Assembly (NCBI GenBank): GCA_050950765.1
Contig: JBMNIF010000004.1
Location: forward strand, 1-26,393
Length of the DNA stretch: 26,393 bases
Origin: Bdellovibrionota bacterium
Lineage (GTDB): Bacteria > Bdellovibrionota_C > UBA2361 > JAAYZI01
Direction of reading: 5' to 3'
Position 1 is the stretch's first letter, and every line of letters starts with the position of its first letter. Shown piece after piece: positions 9,233 to 19,582 of the stretch. The translations under genes and the position numbers were made by a program. A model generated the notes under the pieces. The model made no database searches. It worked only from the letters and a program-made list of their open reading frames with translations, and was not told where the DNA came from.

Positions 9233-10057
9233 ATGCGAAAGGTTTTTCTAGGCGTATCCGCCTTATCTCTTCTTATCTTTTTTATTTTGTGGAACGGTGT
9301 CCCCACCTTCAGGCGTGGTGTAGAAACTACATGGGCTAACACTAAAAGTTCTTTGTACGATAAAGAGATAACGTTCTCCGGACTTGTTCTAATCAATGAG
9401 GAAGATTTAAGGAAAACTTTACCCCTTGATGATTCTGTTCTTAGTTGGATTTTACGAAATAACAGGATCGAAGCAGAGTTAATGACGCATCCACTTGTGG
9501 CAAAAGCCGTTGTCTCACGGTGTTCTTCTGAAGCGTGGAATTGTTTTACTATTGCGGTTCAGGAGTGGCAGCCGCGTGCTATTGTGCAGTTGAAAGATAC
9601 TTTTTGGGTAGTTGATCAAAAGGGTACGTTTTTAACACCTGTTAGATCAGATCATCCCCGTTCGTTGTTGGAGTTGCCCCTTATTAGTGGGGTTGATGTG
9701 GCCTTCTCCTCTCCTGATTTTGTAAAGGCTAAAACAGGTTATGCTGTTGATTCTATTAAAATTATTGAAAAGGAGAGTCAAAAAGCTGTTGAGCGGCTTG
9801 TCGTTGATGAGGGTGGCGAGCTGAGAGTAAAATTTAAAGGCATGGATTTTACGGCTATTTTTGGATCTGATCCTGAGCTTGGAGTGAAACCGTTTTCAGA
9901 AGAGGTGCGAAGGTTTAAAGCGATGCTGAAGTTTTTAGAAGGGAAGGAATCTTTAATTGAAGAGCTCGACTTCGCATATAATTCGCAGTGTGTTGTTAAG
10001 TTAACAAAGACCGGACAAAAGTTGGCTAAATCCTTAGAATCTGCCATTAAAGGATAA
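9233..10057 (+). CDS. ftsQ: Cell division protein FtsQ/DivIB (divergent)
   Basis: N-terminal TM helix, POTRA-like segment, WVVDQKG..L and LPLISG motifs; located directly before ftsA. Confidence 0.75.
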   Translation: MRKVFLGVSALSLLIFFILWNGVPTFRRGVETTWANTKSSLYDKEITFSGLVLINEEDLRKTLPLDDSVLSWILRNNRIEAELMTHPLVAKAVVSRCSSEAWNCFTIAVQEWQPRAIVQLKDTFWVVDQKGTFLTPVRSDHPRSLLELPLISGVDVAFSSPDFVKAKTGYAVDSIKIIEKESQKAVERLVVDEGGELRVKFKGMDFTAIFGSDPELGVKPFSEEVRRFKAMLKFLEGKESLIEELDFAYNSQCVVKLTKTGQKLAKSLESAIKG

Positions 10058-10150
10058 TATCTTGATCTTGTTTAGTGGCGTAGGGGTTATTCTTTAAAAG
10101 ATCTCTATTTTTAACATTTCTTTTGATAAATTGCTTGCAATTAAAAGGGA

Positions 10151-11404
10151 GTGCGTTTAGGTTATGCAGTCGTGGCAGCGAAAAGTCAAACAATAGTCAG
10201 TCTTGATATCGGAACTTCAAACGTAAAAGCGGTTATTTCGGACGTCGTTTTGGAGAAGGGGGAGCCTGTAATAAATATTATAGGTGTGGGGAGCGCTCCA
10301 TCTAAAGGGCTGCGCAAAGGTGTCGTTATAAATATCGAAGCTACCGTCAATTCAATTGCAAGTGCCGTACAGATGGCAGAAACGATGGCGGGACGCAAGG
10401 TTAGCTCCGTTTATATTGCGATGTCGGGGGAGCATATTCAAAGTTTAAATAGTGACGGGACTGTAAGAATTAGAAGTGGTGAAGTTTCTAAACACGATAT
10501 TGTAAAAGTTATGGATGATGCCAGTGCAGTGGCTATCCCCGCAGATAAGGCTCCTTTGCACGTTATTCCGCGTGAGTTTATCGTTGATGATCAGAAGGGG
10601 ATAAAAGATCCTTTAGGGATGTCGGGAGTGCGTTTGGAAGCGCGGGTGCATATTATCCTTGGAGCGGTTTCCAGTAGTAGGAATATCATAAAATGTGCAA
10701 ATAAGTGTGGCTTGAATGTAGCTGGTATCGTACTAGCGCCGATCGCTTCTGCGCAAGCTGTGATAACACCTGAAGAGAAAGAGCTCGGTGTTTGCATGAT
10801 CGATATCGGCGGTGGGACTGTCGACCTTTCAATATTTCATGCAGGTGGTATCAGACATTCTTGTGTATTCTCTTTCGGTGGAAGTTATTTTACTAATGAT
10901 ATTGCAGCTGTTTTAATGACACCGATCGCTAGCGCTGAAGAGATAAAGTGTCGTTATGTTAATCTGTTAGAACAGGGTGAAGGGGTAGGGCAAGGTATTG
11001 ACGTGCCGTCGACGGGAGGACGACCTTCAAGGATTGTTAAGAGCGGATATTTAACTGAAATAGTGAAGCCGCGTGTCGTTGAGTCGTTTGGATTTGTGCG
11101 AGAAGAGTTGCTTAGACCGGAGTTTGCTGATCGCTTGGCGGGAGGGATCGTTATCACGGGTGGATCTGCTAATATGCGCGGGATCGCTGAGGTAGCAGAG
11201 AGTGTTTTTGGACTTCCTGTTCGTATCGGGCGAGTTACAGGAGTAGGGGGCATGGGCGATATGGTAGTAGCTCCAGAATACGCTGCGGTTGTTGGTGCAA
11301 TTAAATACGGTGCTCAAAACTTAACATCTGCTCGAACAAGTCAGATCGGTAAGGTAACTTCTCTTGCAAAATCATTCGGGAGTTGGGTTTCTAAGCATTT
11401 TTGA
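10151..11404 (+). CDS. ftsA: Cell division protein FtsA
   Basis: LDIGTS, GLRKGVV, DPLGMSGVRLE, DIGGGT, ITGGSA, C-terminal amphipathic SWVSKHF; true start may be a few codons downstream. Confidence 0.97.
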   Translation: MRLGYAVVAAKSQTIVSLDIGTSNVKAVISDVVLEKGEPVINIIGVGSAPSKGLRKGVVINIEATVNSIASAVQMAETMAGRKVSSVYIAMSGEHIQSLNSDGTVRIRSGEVSKHDIVKVMDDASAVAIPADKAPLHVIPREFIVDDQKGIKDPLGMSGVRLEARVHIILGAVSSSRNIIKCANKCGLNVAGIVLAPIASAQAVITPEEKELGVCMIDIGGGTVDLSIFHAGGIRHSCVFSFGGSYFTNDIAAVLMTPIASAEEIKCRYVNLLEQGEGVGQGIDVPSTGGRPSRIVKSGYLTEIVKPRVVESFGFVREELLRPEFADRLAGGIVITGGSANMRGIAEVAESVFGLPVRIGRVTGVGGMGDMVVAPEYAAVVGAIKYGAQNLTSARTSQIGKVTSLAKSFGSWVSKHF

Positions 11405-11834
11405 TCACCGCAAATAGTCGTTTCTTAAAAATAAATTAAAAAATAAATCAAAAGTACGGTAGAATTTGCTAGATTTTAAGAGCTGCTTGTGCTATTTCTT
11501 TCTCGTTTAAGTTAGTTAAAGTTGCGGTCTGCAACAAGATGATTTGTTTGCATTCTTTAACTTTATATTAATAATTCTCCTTGAATCCTTGAGTTAGGAT
11601 CAGGATTTAAGTAGACTGTGCGAACAGTTGATTCTGGGGGAAAGAAAAAAACTCATACTTAAAACAGCAAAATATTCAGCGATGATTGTTTTGTATTATC
11701 GCTTTTGATGATCTCGCGCTGAGATCAAGTTTTAGTGATAAATTTAAAGTGGTTTATTTCCCTTTGAAAAAGCTTTCACGAAGAAAATTATTAATTCTTC
11801 GGATGGTATCATAGATTTATTAAAGAAGAACAAG

Positions 11835-13007
11835 GTGGCACATATGGATGATATCGCAGCAAAACTTCAAGCAAACAGAGCGCGTATTAAAGTTTATGGT
11901 GTTGGTGGTGCAGGTATCAATGCTGTTAATAATATGATTGCGAGTGGGCTTGTCGGAGTTGAGTTTTATGCAGCAAATACAGATTCTCAAGCTTTACTTT
12001 CGTGCTCTGCACCGAATAAAATTCAGTTAGGTGAAGAGATCACACGTGGACTTGGTGCTGGTGCCGATCCTGATGTCGGTTACGCCGCAGCAAAAGAGAG
12101 TTCGGATGCTATTCGTGCTGCTCTTGAAGGTGCCGATATGGTGTTTATCACTTGCGGTATGGGTGGCGGAACGGGAACACTCGGTTCTTCTGTGGCTGCT
12201 GAAGTTGCTCGTGAGCTCGGTTGCTTAACAGTCGGCGTTGTAACTAAGCCCTTCCTGTTTGAGGGTAAACGTAGAATGCGTAATGCTGAGCGTGGAATTG
12301 AAGAGCTTAGACGGCACGTTGATACATTGATTACCATTCCGAATCAACGACTCCTCTCCATCGCTAGTAGAAACACAACCTTGTTAGATACCTTTAAGAA
12401 AGCGGATGATATCTTATTCCAAGCTGTAAAGGGCATCAGTGATCTGATTACCTTTGAAGGTTTGGTCAATGTTGACTTCGCTGATGTTCGGGCAGTTATG
12501 TCAGAGATGGGTATGGCGATGATGGGAACAGGTGAAGGTTCCGGTGAGAATCGCGCCGTTGACGCAGCGGAGAAAGCTATTTCAAGCCCGCTTTTAGAAG
12601 ATATCTCGATACATGGAGCTCGCGGAGTTTTAATCAATGTGACTGCTTCTCCTGATGTTACGTTGCAGGAGGTTAATGAAGCGGCTGAGTTGATACACGC
12701 TGAGGCGCATGAAGATGCTAATATTATCTGGGGTATGGTGATTGATCCTGAATACGAGGATAAGGTAACAGTTACCGTTATTGCGACGGGCTTTGGTGAT
12801 GAGTCTGCCGATATCGCTGGTGTTTCACCTTTGGCTGGATCTGGTAAAAGTGAAGGGGGTGTCCCGAGTTGGTTATCATCAAGAGCTTCTGCTGCAAAAA
12901 ATAGCACGGAAGGTGTGATGAAGTTGAAAAAACTTTCTGTCCTTTCTGGAAATGAGGATGAGACGAAATACGAGATCCCTACCTTTTTAAGAAAGCAGAT
13001 GGATTAA
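11835..13007 (+). CDS. ftsZ: Cell division protein FtsZ
   Basis: [18 protein letters not shown] tubulin motif, NVDFADV, C-terminal [10 protein letters not shown]. Confidence 0.99.
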   Translation: MAHMDDIAAKLQANRARIKVYGVGGAGINAVNNMIASGLVGVEFYAANTDSQALLSCSAPNKIQLGEEITRGLGAGADPDVGYAAAKESSDAIRAALEGADMVFITCGMGGGTGTLGSSVAAEVARELGCLTVGVVTKPFLFEGKRRMRNAERGIEELRRHVDTLITIPNQRLLSIASRNTTLLDTFKKADDILFQAVKGISDLITFEGLVNVDFADVRAVMSEMGMAMMGTGEGSGENRAVDAAEKAISSPLLEDISIHGARGVLINVTASPDVTLQEVNEAAELIHAEAHEDANIIWGMVIDPEYEDKVTVTVIATGFGDESADIAGVSPLAGSGKSEGGVPSWLSSRASAAKNSTEGVMKLKKLSVLSGNEDETKYEIPTFLRKQMD

Positions 13008-13043
13008 ATAAAATTGTGTGGCTTCAGGTAATGAAGTCGTAGC

Positions 13044-13076
13044 AAAAAAAGGAGGCAGCAACGCCTCCTTTTTTTT
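13044..13076. terminator. Bidirectional intrinsic terminator
   Basis: A7-GGAGGC-AGCAAC-GCCTCC-T8 between convergent ftsZ and cold-shock gene. Confidence 0.9.
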
Positions 13077-13170
13077 GGCTCTGTTAGGAGTTGTTTGCTT
13101 AATTTAATTTTAACAACCTAACAATCGGTAAAGTGTATTCAATCTATCAAACGATGATAAAGTGCGCAGT

Positions 13171-13497
13171 TTAATGAGTCACATCATCACTGTCTACTGT
13201 ATCCGTTGATTCTGTAACAGAATTCGTAACAGAGGAAGAGTCACTAGCCTCATTACTATCAACGTCAGCTTCTGTGGCTTTGGTTGTGCGGCATACCTTT
13301 ACTGCATGCAGCCCTTTCGGTCCCTCTTGAATTTCATAAGAGACTTCTTCACCGTCCTTAAGGGTTTTAAAGCCATCATCTTCAATCACGGAATAGTGCA
13401 CAAAAACATCCTGTCCGTTGGCATGTTCGATGAAACCAAAACCTTTTGCATCATTGAACCACTTAACGACACCTTTAAGCGCTTCTGATTCTGACAT
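13171..13497 (-). CDS. Cold-shock domain protein with acidic Ser/Asp-rich tail
   Basis: [16 protein letters not shown] (RNP1), DVFVHYS (RNP2), GPKGLHA. Confidence 0.93.
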   Translation of the reverse strand: MSESEALKGVVKWFNDAKGFGFIEHANGQDVFVHYSVIEDDGFKTLKDGEEVSYEIQEGPKGLHAVKVCRTTKATEADVDSNEASDSSSVTNSVTESTDTVDSDDVTH

Positions 13498-13910
13498 ACT
13501 ATTACTCCTAGATACACCTTAGAAAAAAAACTGATACAGAATGGTGCTACAATATCTGTTCCAGTAAATAAATGTGGCAAAGTGATTTTACTCACTGCCA
13601 AACTGACCACTCCAACTTCAAAGATAAGCCCCTGAAGGTTGTTGCAGCAAAAAACCACAAGGTGCTGCATTACGGAATGCCCAGATAACTTATAACATAT
13701 CAGCAATAATGCAGATTTTTTGTTTTGGCAATGACAAAAAATACGTTTTTGTATAAAAGAGGGGTGAGTTCGATCTTAACGGAGGAAAAATAGAGTAAAA
13801 TCTTCGATTATTTCGTGTGAGTAAAATATTGTTTTAACGTCTTAACATCCTCTCCAGATCTCGCTCATCGATAAGTGTTGTTTCTCTTTTTTTATGGTAG
13901 TCTGATTCTT

Positions 13911-15380
13911 ATGAGTGATCGTTTAATGCCGCTAGACGGTGAGTTTTATAAAACAGTTTTTTCTGATTTTCCTGAACCATTATTTATTGTTGATAGCGAT
14001 CTGCGTTGTGTTGGGCAAAATAAGGCTTTTCGCAGGTGGTGCGGAAATTCTTTAAGTGATAATGCGCCGATTACTACTATCTGGCCAGCAGCAGCTGAAT
14101 TACAAAAAGGGGTCTCTGAGATTAGAACCCGTTTTGTCGTAAAGGGGTGCGAAGAAGAGCTGGGTGTAATCATCACTGAATTATCGTGTAAGTGTTTTTT
14201 AGTGCAACTTTTGCCGGAGTCCGGTCTCGGTGGTGAACGTCATTTTCATGCACAACGGTTAAGGACGTTGGGAATGTTGGCAGGTGGTGTTGCTCACGAT
14301 TTTAATAATATCTTAGCTGGAATATTGGGGCATATCACTTTTTTAAAGACGATCTTACCTGAACATGGCTCTCATGCTGAATCGCTTTCTGCTATTGAGG
14401 AGGGCGCAAAAAAAGCTTCTCTGATTACGCAACAGATCTTGAAGTTCTCTAAAATGGAGACGGCAGAAACCCTTAAAAAGATAGATATCAATGAACTCAT
14501 AGTTAAAACTTATGGACTGTTACGAGGGGCGCTCTCTCCGTTAATTGATCTGCAATATGATCTTCCGCAAGAACCTATTTATGTTATGGCAGTGGAGGGG
14601 CGTTTGGCGCAGGTTCTGGTCAATCTGGTAATTAATGCGCGAGATGCCCTTAATAAAAGTGGGAAGATAGTGATCTCTGCTGATGTGTGTAACGATCTTA
14701 AAGCGCTAAAGGGCGTGCAGTTGGATTGTACTAAAGAGTGGGTTGTTATGACCGTCACTGATAACGGTAGCGGCATGTCTGAGGACGTTATACAACACGT
14801 TTTTGAGCCTTATTTTTCGACAAAAAAGAACAAAGGGACTGGATTGGGGTTGGCTACGGTGCTGTCGATAGTTAAGAGCTTTGGTGGAGTGATAAAGATC
14901 AGATCTAAAGTTGGTGCTGGTACTGTTATGTCTGTGTATCTGCCGAAAGTTGAGGTTAGTGGTGATGTGCAGACTTCGAAAGATTCTAAGAGAGTGCAAT
15001 TAGTGGGCGGATCTGAAAAAATTCTTGTGGTGGATGATGATGCTGCTGTAAGAAGTGTATTGGAGATGAGTTTAACGCATCTAGGATATGAGGTTGAGAT
15101 CGTAACTACGGGGTATGAGGCTGTTGAAAAATTAAAGGAGCATAAGGATAAATTTGATTTGGTTATGCTTGATATGTTGATGCCGCAACTTTCAGGTAAC
15201 GAAACGTTTTTAATGTTACGCAATATTCAACCAGATCTGAAGGTTTTAGCAATGAGTGGTTATACCTCAGAAGAATCTGTTAAGTCTATTTTGCAAAATG
15301 GTGGTAAGGGCTTTATTCAAAAACCATTTACAATAGCTGATCTTTCGAAGAAGGTCAGAGTCTGCTTGGACGGGGAGTAG
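13911..15380 (+). CDS. Cytoplasmic hybrid sensor histidine kinase (PAS-like, HisKA, HATPase, REC; CckA-like architecture)
   Basis: AHDFNN H-box, NLVINARDA, DNGSG, FEPYFSTK, GTGLGL, REC VVDDD/LDMLMP/KPF; ATG 13911 chosen as likely start. Confidence 0.93.
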   Translation: MSDRLMPLDGEFYKTVFSDFPEPLFIVDSDLRCVGQNKAFRRWCGNSLSDNAPITTIWPAAAELQKGVSEIRTRFVVKGCEEELGVIITELSCKCFLVQLLPESGLGGERHFHAQRLRTLGMLAGGVAHDFNNILAGILGHITFLKTILPEHGSHAESLSAIEEGAKKASLITQQILKFSKMETAETLKKIDINELIVKTYGLLRGALSPLIDLQYDLPQEPIYVMAVEGRLAQVLVNLVINARDALNKSGKIVISADVCNDLKALKGVQLDCTKEWVVMTVTDNGSGMSEDVIQHVFEPYFSTKKNKGTGLGLATVLSIVKSFGGVIKIRSKVGAGTVMSVYLPKVEVSGDVQTSKDSKRVQLVGGSEKILVVDDDAAVRSVLEMSLTHLGYEVEIVTTGYEAVEKLKEHKDKFDLVMLDMLMPQLSGNETFLMLRNIQPDLKVLAMSGYTSEESVKSILQNGGKGFIQKPFTIADLSKKVRVCLDGE

Positions 15381-15383
15381 TGT

Positions 15384-16166
15384 ATGAGTGATACGGGAGA
15401 GAGTTTAGTTAAGGTAAGAAACCTTTCTAAATCTTTTGGAAAATTAAAGTTGTTAAAAGATATCTCATTTGATCTGAAGCGTGGCTCCGTGACGGGGTTA
15501 ATCGGACCTAGTGGATGTGGGAAGAGTGTCCTCTTAAAAATTTTAGGAGGTGTACTAAAACAGGATTCAGGAACGATAGAGATGTTTGGAGTGCCTCACG
15601 ATCGAATTACTTTAATGTTTCAAGAGGGCGCTTTGTTTGATTCTTTGTCTGTATTCGATAATGTCGCTTTCCCTCTCTTGAACGGAGCTGTGCCGACCTC
15701 GACGTTACCTAGAAAGAAGCAGAAGGAGATCGCTGAAAGGGTGAGTCCTATCTTGGCACGAGTTGGGCTTACACATGCTGCTGAAAAATTACCTGCACAA
15801 CTTTCAGGTGGTATGAGAAGACGCGCTTCTTTAGCGAGAGCGTTAATTTCAAAACCAGAGTTGGTTCTCCTTGATGATCCGACGTGTGGGTTGGATCCTG
15901 TGGCTAGTGGTGTTATCATGAACTTGATTCTTGAATTGCAGCGGGAGCATGGATATACCGTCTTGATTGTAAGTCAAGATCTAAGGCGGTTGATTCCTAA
16001 TGTTGAGACAGTGATGGCACTTTTTAACGGTTCTATTGATTTTATCGGGACGGTAGATCAATTAAAAGAGAGCGCCGATCCTGAGGTAATTTACTTTGTC
16101 AATTGTCGTTATGATTTGGAGTCAAGTGCACTCTCTACTTCTAATCCTTTGTGCGGAGAGATCTGA
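15384..16166 (+). CDS. ABC transporter ATP-binding protein, MlaF/Mkl-like, degenerate catalytic residues
   Basis: GPSGCGKS, FQEGALFDSL, LSGGM; Walker B LLDD and H-loop SQD are atypical. Confidence 0.85.
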   Translation: MSDTGESLVKVRNLSKSFGKLKLLKDISFDLKRGSVTGLIGPSGCGKSVLLKILGGVLKQDSGTIEMFGVPHDRITLMFQEGALFDSLSVFDNVAFPLLNGAVPTSTLPRKKQKEIAERVSPILARVGLTHAAEKLPAQLSGGMRRRASLARALISKPELVLLDDPTCGLDPVASGVIMNLILELQREHGYTVLIVSQDLRRLIPNVETVMALFNGSIDFIGTVDQLKESADPEVIYFVNCRYDLESSALSTSNPLCGEI

Positions 16167-16315
16167 TGTGGCTATTATGGTAGAGGTGGATTCCTTATTT
16201 TTAGCGGTGTTATGAAGATATTTAGCTTGTCTTTTTTTCTTCTAAAAGCTGAAGCCTTTTAAGGGTAGGGAGCTATAATTAAAAACAGTGTAATAGGGTT
16301 TAAAAGTTAGGTGTT

Positions 16316-17227
16316 ATGGGAAGATCTTCTTATGTAGAAAAAGCACGTGAGCGTTTTTTAGAGGGGATGGGAGTACCGGCGCGTGATACGGCTTTCGTTG
16401 TAGATCGTTTTCAGAAAGAAGCGATCTCGTCTGTGGTTGATGGTAATGATACGTTGGTTGTGGCTCCAACTGGTTCTGGTAAAACTTATATCGCAATGGA
16501 AGCGATCTCTGCTATGTTGAGTCTGCATTGCAGGTCTGTTTATACAACACCGTTAAAAGCGTTATCGAATACTAAATTTACGGAGCTAAAAAAACGGTTT
16601 GAGCCTGATCATAAAGTTGGCTTACTGACGGGTGATAGAAAGATCGATACAGACGCTGATGTTGTTGTTGCCACGACTGAGATCTATCGTAATGAGTTAT
16701 ATCGCGGCTACGGTAGTTATTCCTTAGTAGTCTTGGATGAGGTGCACTTTATAGCGGACTTGCAACGTGGGCCGGTTTGGGAGGAGAGCATTATTCTAAC
16801 ACCTTCTGATTCTACCCTTTTAATGTTATCGGCATCTATTTCGAATGCAAAAGAGATTGCGGAGTGGATCGAAGAGGTCAGGGGTCGTCCTTGCACGATA
16901 GTTTCTGAATCTATTAGACCTGTGGAATTAAGGCTCGGCTTCTTACATCCGCGCTTAGGAGTGATACCCCTTTCTGATGAATCTGGAAGAATTTTCAGGG
17001 AAGTAGAATATTTTTACGGTTCAATGGGGTTAGATCAAAACGGTATGCGTCTTCAAAGGGAAAAGCGTAAAGAAAACGGACAACACCGTTCAGGATCTCG
17101 ATATAGAGGGGAGGGGCGTTCTCGCAACAGTAATGGTTCACGGAGTAAAGCGAAGGGTGGCAGGTATATCAATAAAACACGCAACACCAAGTCATCGCAT
17201 AATCAATCAAGAAGAAAGGGAAGATAG
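16316..17227 (+). CDS. HelY/Ski2-like SF2 helicase, N-terminal half (RecA1)
   Basis: APTGSGKT, PLKALSN, LLTGD, TTEI, DEVH, RGPVWEE, LSAS; basic low-complexity tail. Confidence 0.9.
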   Translation: MGRSSYVEKARERFLEGMGVPARDTAFVVDRFQKEAISSVVDGNDTLVVAPTGSGKTYIAMEAISAMLSLHCRSVYTTPLKALSNTKFTELKKRFEPDHKVGLLTGDRKIDTDADVVVATTEIYRNELYRGYGSYSLVVLDEVHFIADLQRGPVWEESIILTPSDSTLLMLSASISNAKEIAEWIEEVRGRPCTIVSESIRPVELRLGFLHPRLGVIPLSDESGRIFREVEYFYGSMGLDQNGMRLQREKRKENGQHRSGSRYRGEGRSRNSNGSRSKAKGGRYINKTRNTKSSHNQSRRKGR

Positions 17228-17805
17228 ATGTTACACCGAGAGTTTCCAGTAAATACTATTCTTACGGAGTTAGAAAAGGATTCGCTTCTGCCTGCTATAT
17301 TGTTTAGGACTTCAAGGCGGCAGTGTGATGTTGATGTAGAGCGCTTATCGTTGAGCCGTGTTGGGAGATATATCAACAAAACACACAATAAAAATAAGCA
17401 AGCCACCAAGTCATCGCATAATCAATCAAGAAGAAAGGGAAGATAGATGTTACACCGAGAGTTTCCAGTAAATACTATTCTTACGGAGTTAGAAAAGGAT
17501 TCGCTTCTGCCTGCTATATTGTTTAGAACTTCAAGGCGACAGTGTGATGTTGATGTAGAGCGCTTATCGTTAAGTCGTGTTGGGAGATATATCAACAAAA
17601 CACACAATAAAAATAAGCAAGCCACCAAGTCATCGCATAATCAATCAAGAAGAAAGGGAAGATAGATGTTACACCGAGAGTTTCCAGTAAATACTATTCT
17701 TACGGAGTTAGAAAAGGATTCGCTTCTGCCTGCTATATTGTTTAGGACTTCAAGGCGGCAGTGTGATGTTGATGTAGAGCGCTTATCGTTGAGCCGTGTT
17801 GGGAG
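17185..17805 (+). repeat. 219-bp tandem repeat (~2.8 copies) across the helicase split; creates two identical 72-aa ORFs (17228-17446, 17447-17665)
   Basis: Copies start at 17185, 17404, 17623; third ends at 17805. Confidence 0.95.
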
Positions 17806-19093
17806 TATTCCGCCAAAGGAGCAAAGAAAGATAGATCAGGAAGTTCAGAATGTTATTGATAAATACGGGATGGACTCTGATATGATCCGTAATCACCCGC
17901 AATATGAGGCGTTAGTTACAACAGGTGTGGGGGCGCATCACGCTGGGCAATTGATCGTGTGGAGGCTTCTTTTAGAAGAGTTAATGAGTCGTGGTGTGAT
18001 GCGGATGATGATCGCAACTGGGACTGTTGCTGCGGGTGTTGATTTTCCGGCGCGTACAGTTGTTGTAACTGCACACAGCAAACGTGGGACTAATGGCTTT
18101 CAGATCTTAAGCTCATCAGAATTTCAACAGATGTCGGGACGTGCTGGACGACGTGGTAAGGATAGTGTTGGATTTTGTTTGATTGCGCCGAGTGCTTATT
18201 CTGATGCTAGGGTTATTCATCAGGTAGCGGCGAGACCACCGGAGCCGTTAAGATCTGCGTATTATGCAGCGCCTTCGACGGTGTTAAATCTTTTAAAATA
18301 TAGGACTGCTGATGATCTACGCCACACCGTTTCAAGGAGTTTGGGGGCGTTTCTTGATCGTAAGGCAGCTAAGGTTTTGTTAAATGAAGCAGCTGAAGTG
18401 GGGAAGAAGACTGCTGAAAATCAGAAGCTAACACCTGAGCAACGTAAGAAAGGTGAGAAGCGTGCCAGAAGGATCGTTAAGGAGGCTGATCGTTTGGAGC
18501 AACGTCAACAAAATCTTCTTGAAACATCTTTGCAAGGTTTAACCCGTCTCGGTCATATAGTGGAAGGTAAATTAACAGAGAAGGGGGCTTGGGCAGCTGA
18601 ACTTTGCACCAGCATAGTGTTGGAGTTGGCGGAGGCTATCGATGAAGGGCTACTTGGTGAAGTTGTTCTTGATGAGTTGATAGGGTTAGTTGCTTCTATT
18701 GCAGGGGATCCGCACAGATCTTATTTCGGGATTAGGCAGAACCCGATTAAGAAAGAGTATTTTGCAAGGATGCAGGCGTGTGTGGATCGTGTGGCAGCGT
18801 TATATGAAGGTTCTCCTTTTGCCAGTGAGGTCGTGGTGCTTCCTGATGCAGCGGTTACGGTATTAACGTGGGTAGAATCGTCTTCGTGGCAAGATTTTGC
18901 AGCGTATTTAAGATTGGCGGGTGTGGCTGAAGGGGATGTAGCGCGGTTGATCTCTCAAACGGCGGATCACCTCAATCAGATTTCGAGACTTTCTGAGAGT
19001 CATCCTGATTTAGCAATTATGGCGTTAGAAGCGAGAAGGCTATTACTTAGACCACCAATTACAGACGCTTTTGAGGTCGGTGTATTAAATTAA
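17666..19093 (+). CDS. HelY/Ski2-like SF2 helicase, C-terminal half (RecA2 plus C-terminal domains)
   Basis: LLPAILFRTSRRQCD, GAHHAG, ATGTVAAGVDFPARTVV, QMSGRAGRRG. Confidence 0.9.
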   Translation: MLHREFPVNTILTELEKDSLLPAILFRTSRRQCDVDVERLSLSRVGSIPPKEQRKIDQEVQNVIDKYGMDSDMIRNHPQYEALVTTGVGAHHAGQLIVWRLLLEELMSRGVMRMMIATGTVAAGVDFPARTVVVTAHSKRGTNGFQILSSSEFQQMSGRAGRRGKDSVGFCLIAPSAYSDARVIHQVAARPPEPLRSAYYAAPSTVLNLLKYRTADDLRHTVSRSLGAFLDRKAAKVLLNEAAEVGKKTAENQKLTPEQRKKGEKRARRIVKEADRLEQRQQNLLETSLQGLTRLGHIVEGKLTEKGAWAAELCTSIVLELAEAIDEGLLGEVVLDELIGLVASIAGDPHRSYFGIRQNPIKKEYFARMQACVDRVAALYEGSPFASEVVVLPDAAVTVLTWVESSSWQDFAAYLRLAGVAEGDVARLISQTADHLNQISRLSESHPDLAIMALEARRLLLRPPITDAFEVGVLN

Positions 19094-19099
19094 TCTTCA

Positions 19100-19475
19100 G
19101 AATTTTGTACCACCCTTTAGGCATAGTTGAGTGGGCTGCAACTGCGAAAAAATTGGTGCCACCCACCAGTGACGCTAGGACGGGCACGATTGCAGGATGG
19201 GATCGGCTAGATCTAGACGGAGGTTAAAAATTTGGTGCCACCCTTCAGCCGAAGGTGGGTGTCCTAATTGGCGGGGTCAAAAATTTGGTGCCACCCTTCA
19301 GGGACGATTGGGCGGGCTGATATTAAAAAGCAAGTTGGTTAGGTTTTCACGAGGGTTAAATTTTGGTGCCACCCTTCATTTTTGGCAGATCGGCTAGCTG
19401 CAGCTCTGGAGCTGCAGCTCTGGTGCCACCCACCAGTAAGACGGGATCAGCTAGATTTCTACGGAGGTTAAAAAT
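19100..19475 (+). repeat. Modular intergenic repeat cluster A (core AAATTTGGTGCCACCC)
   Basis: GGTGCCACCC at 19155, 19234, 19287, 19365, 19422; degenerate copy at 19106. Confidence 0.9.
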
Positions 19476-19582
19476 AGAGGGGGGGTGATGGTAAAAACCT
19501 TATAATATTGAAGTTTAACTTTATGCTATGCTATTGTGCTTATTAAAATTTATTTTATAAAGCAGCTCTAAAAAGGTATTTT

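Noticed and set aside
16316..19093. Genome-wide TAG reassignment as explanation of the helicase stops
   Set aside because: murC, rplU and the hybrid kinase end normally at TAG, and no other gene has internal TAG
19197..19397. 66-aa ORF with KFGATL repeats
   Set aside because: Translation of the non-coding repeat cluster; frame not kept between units or in cluster B
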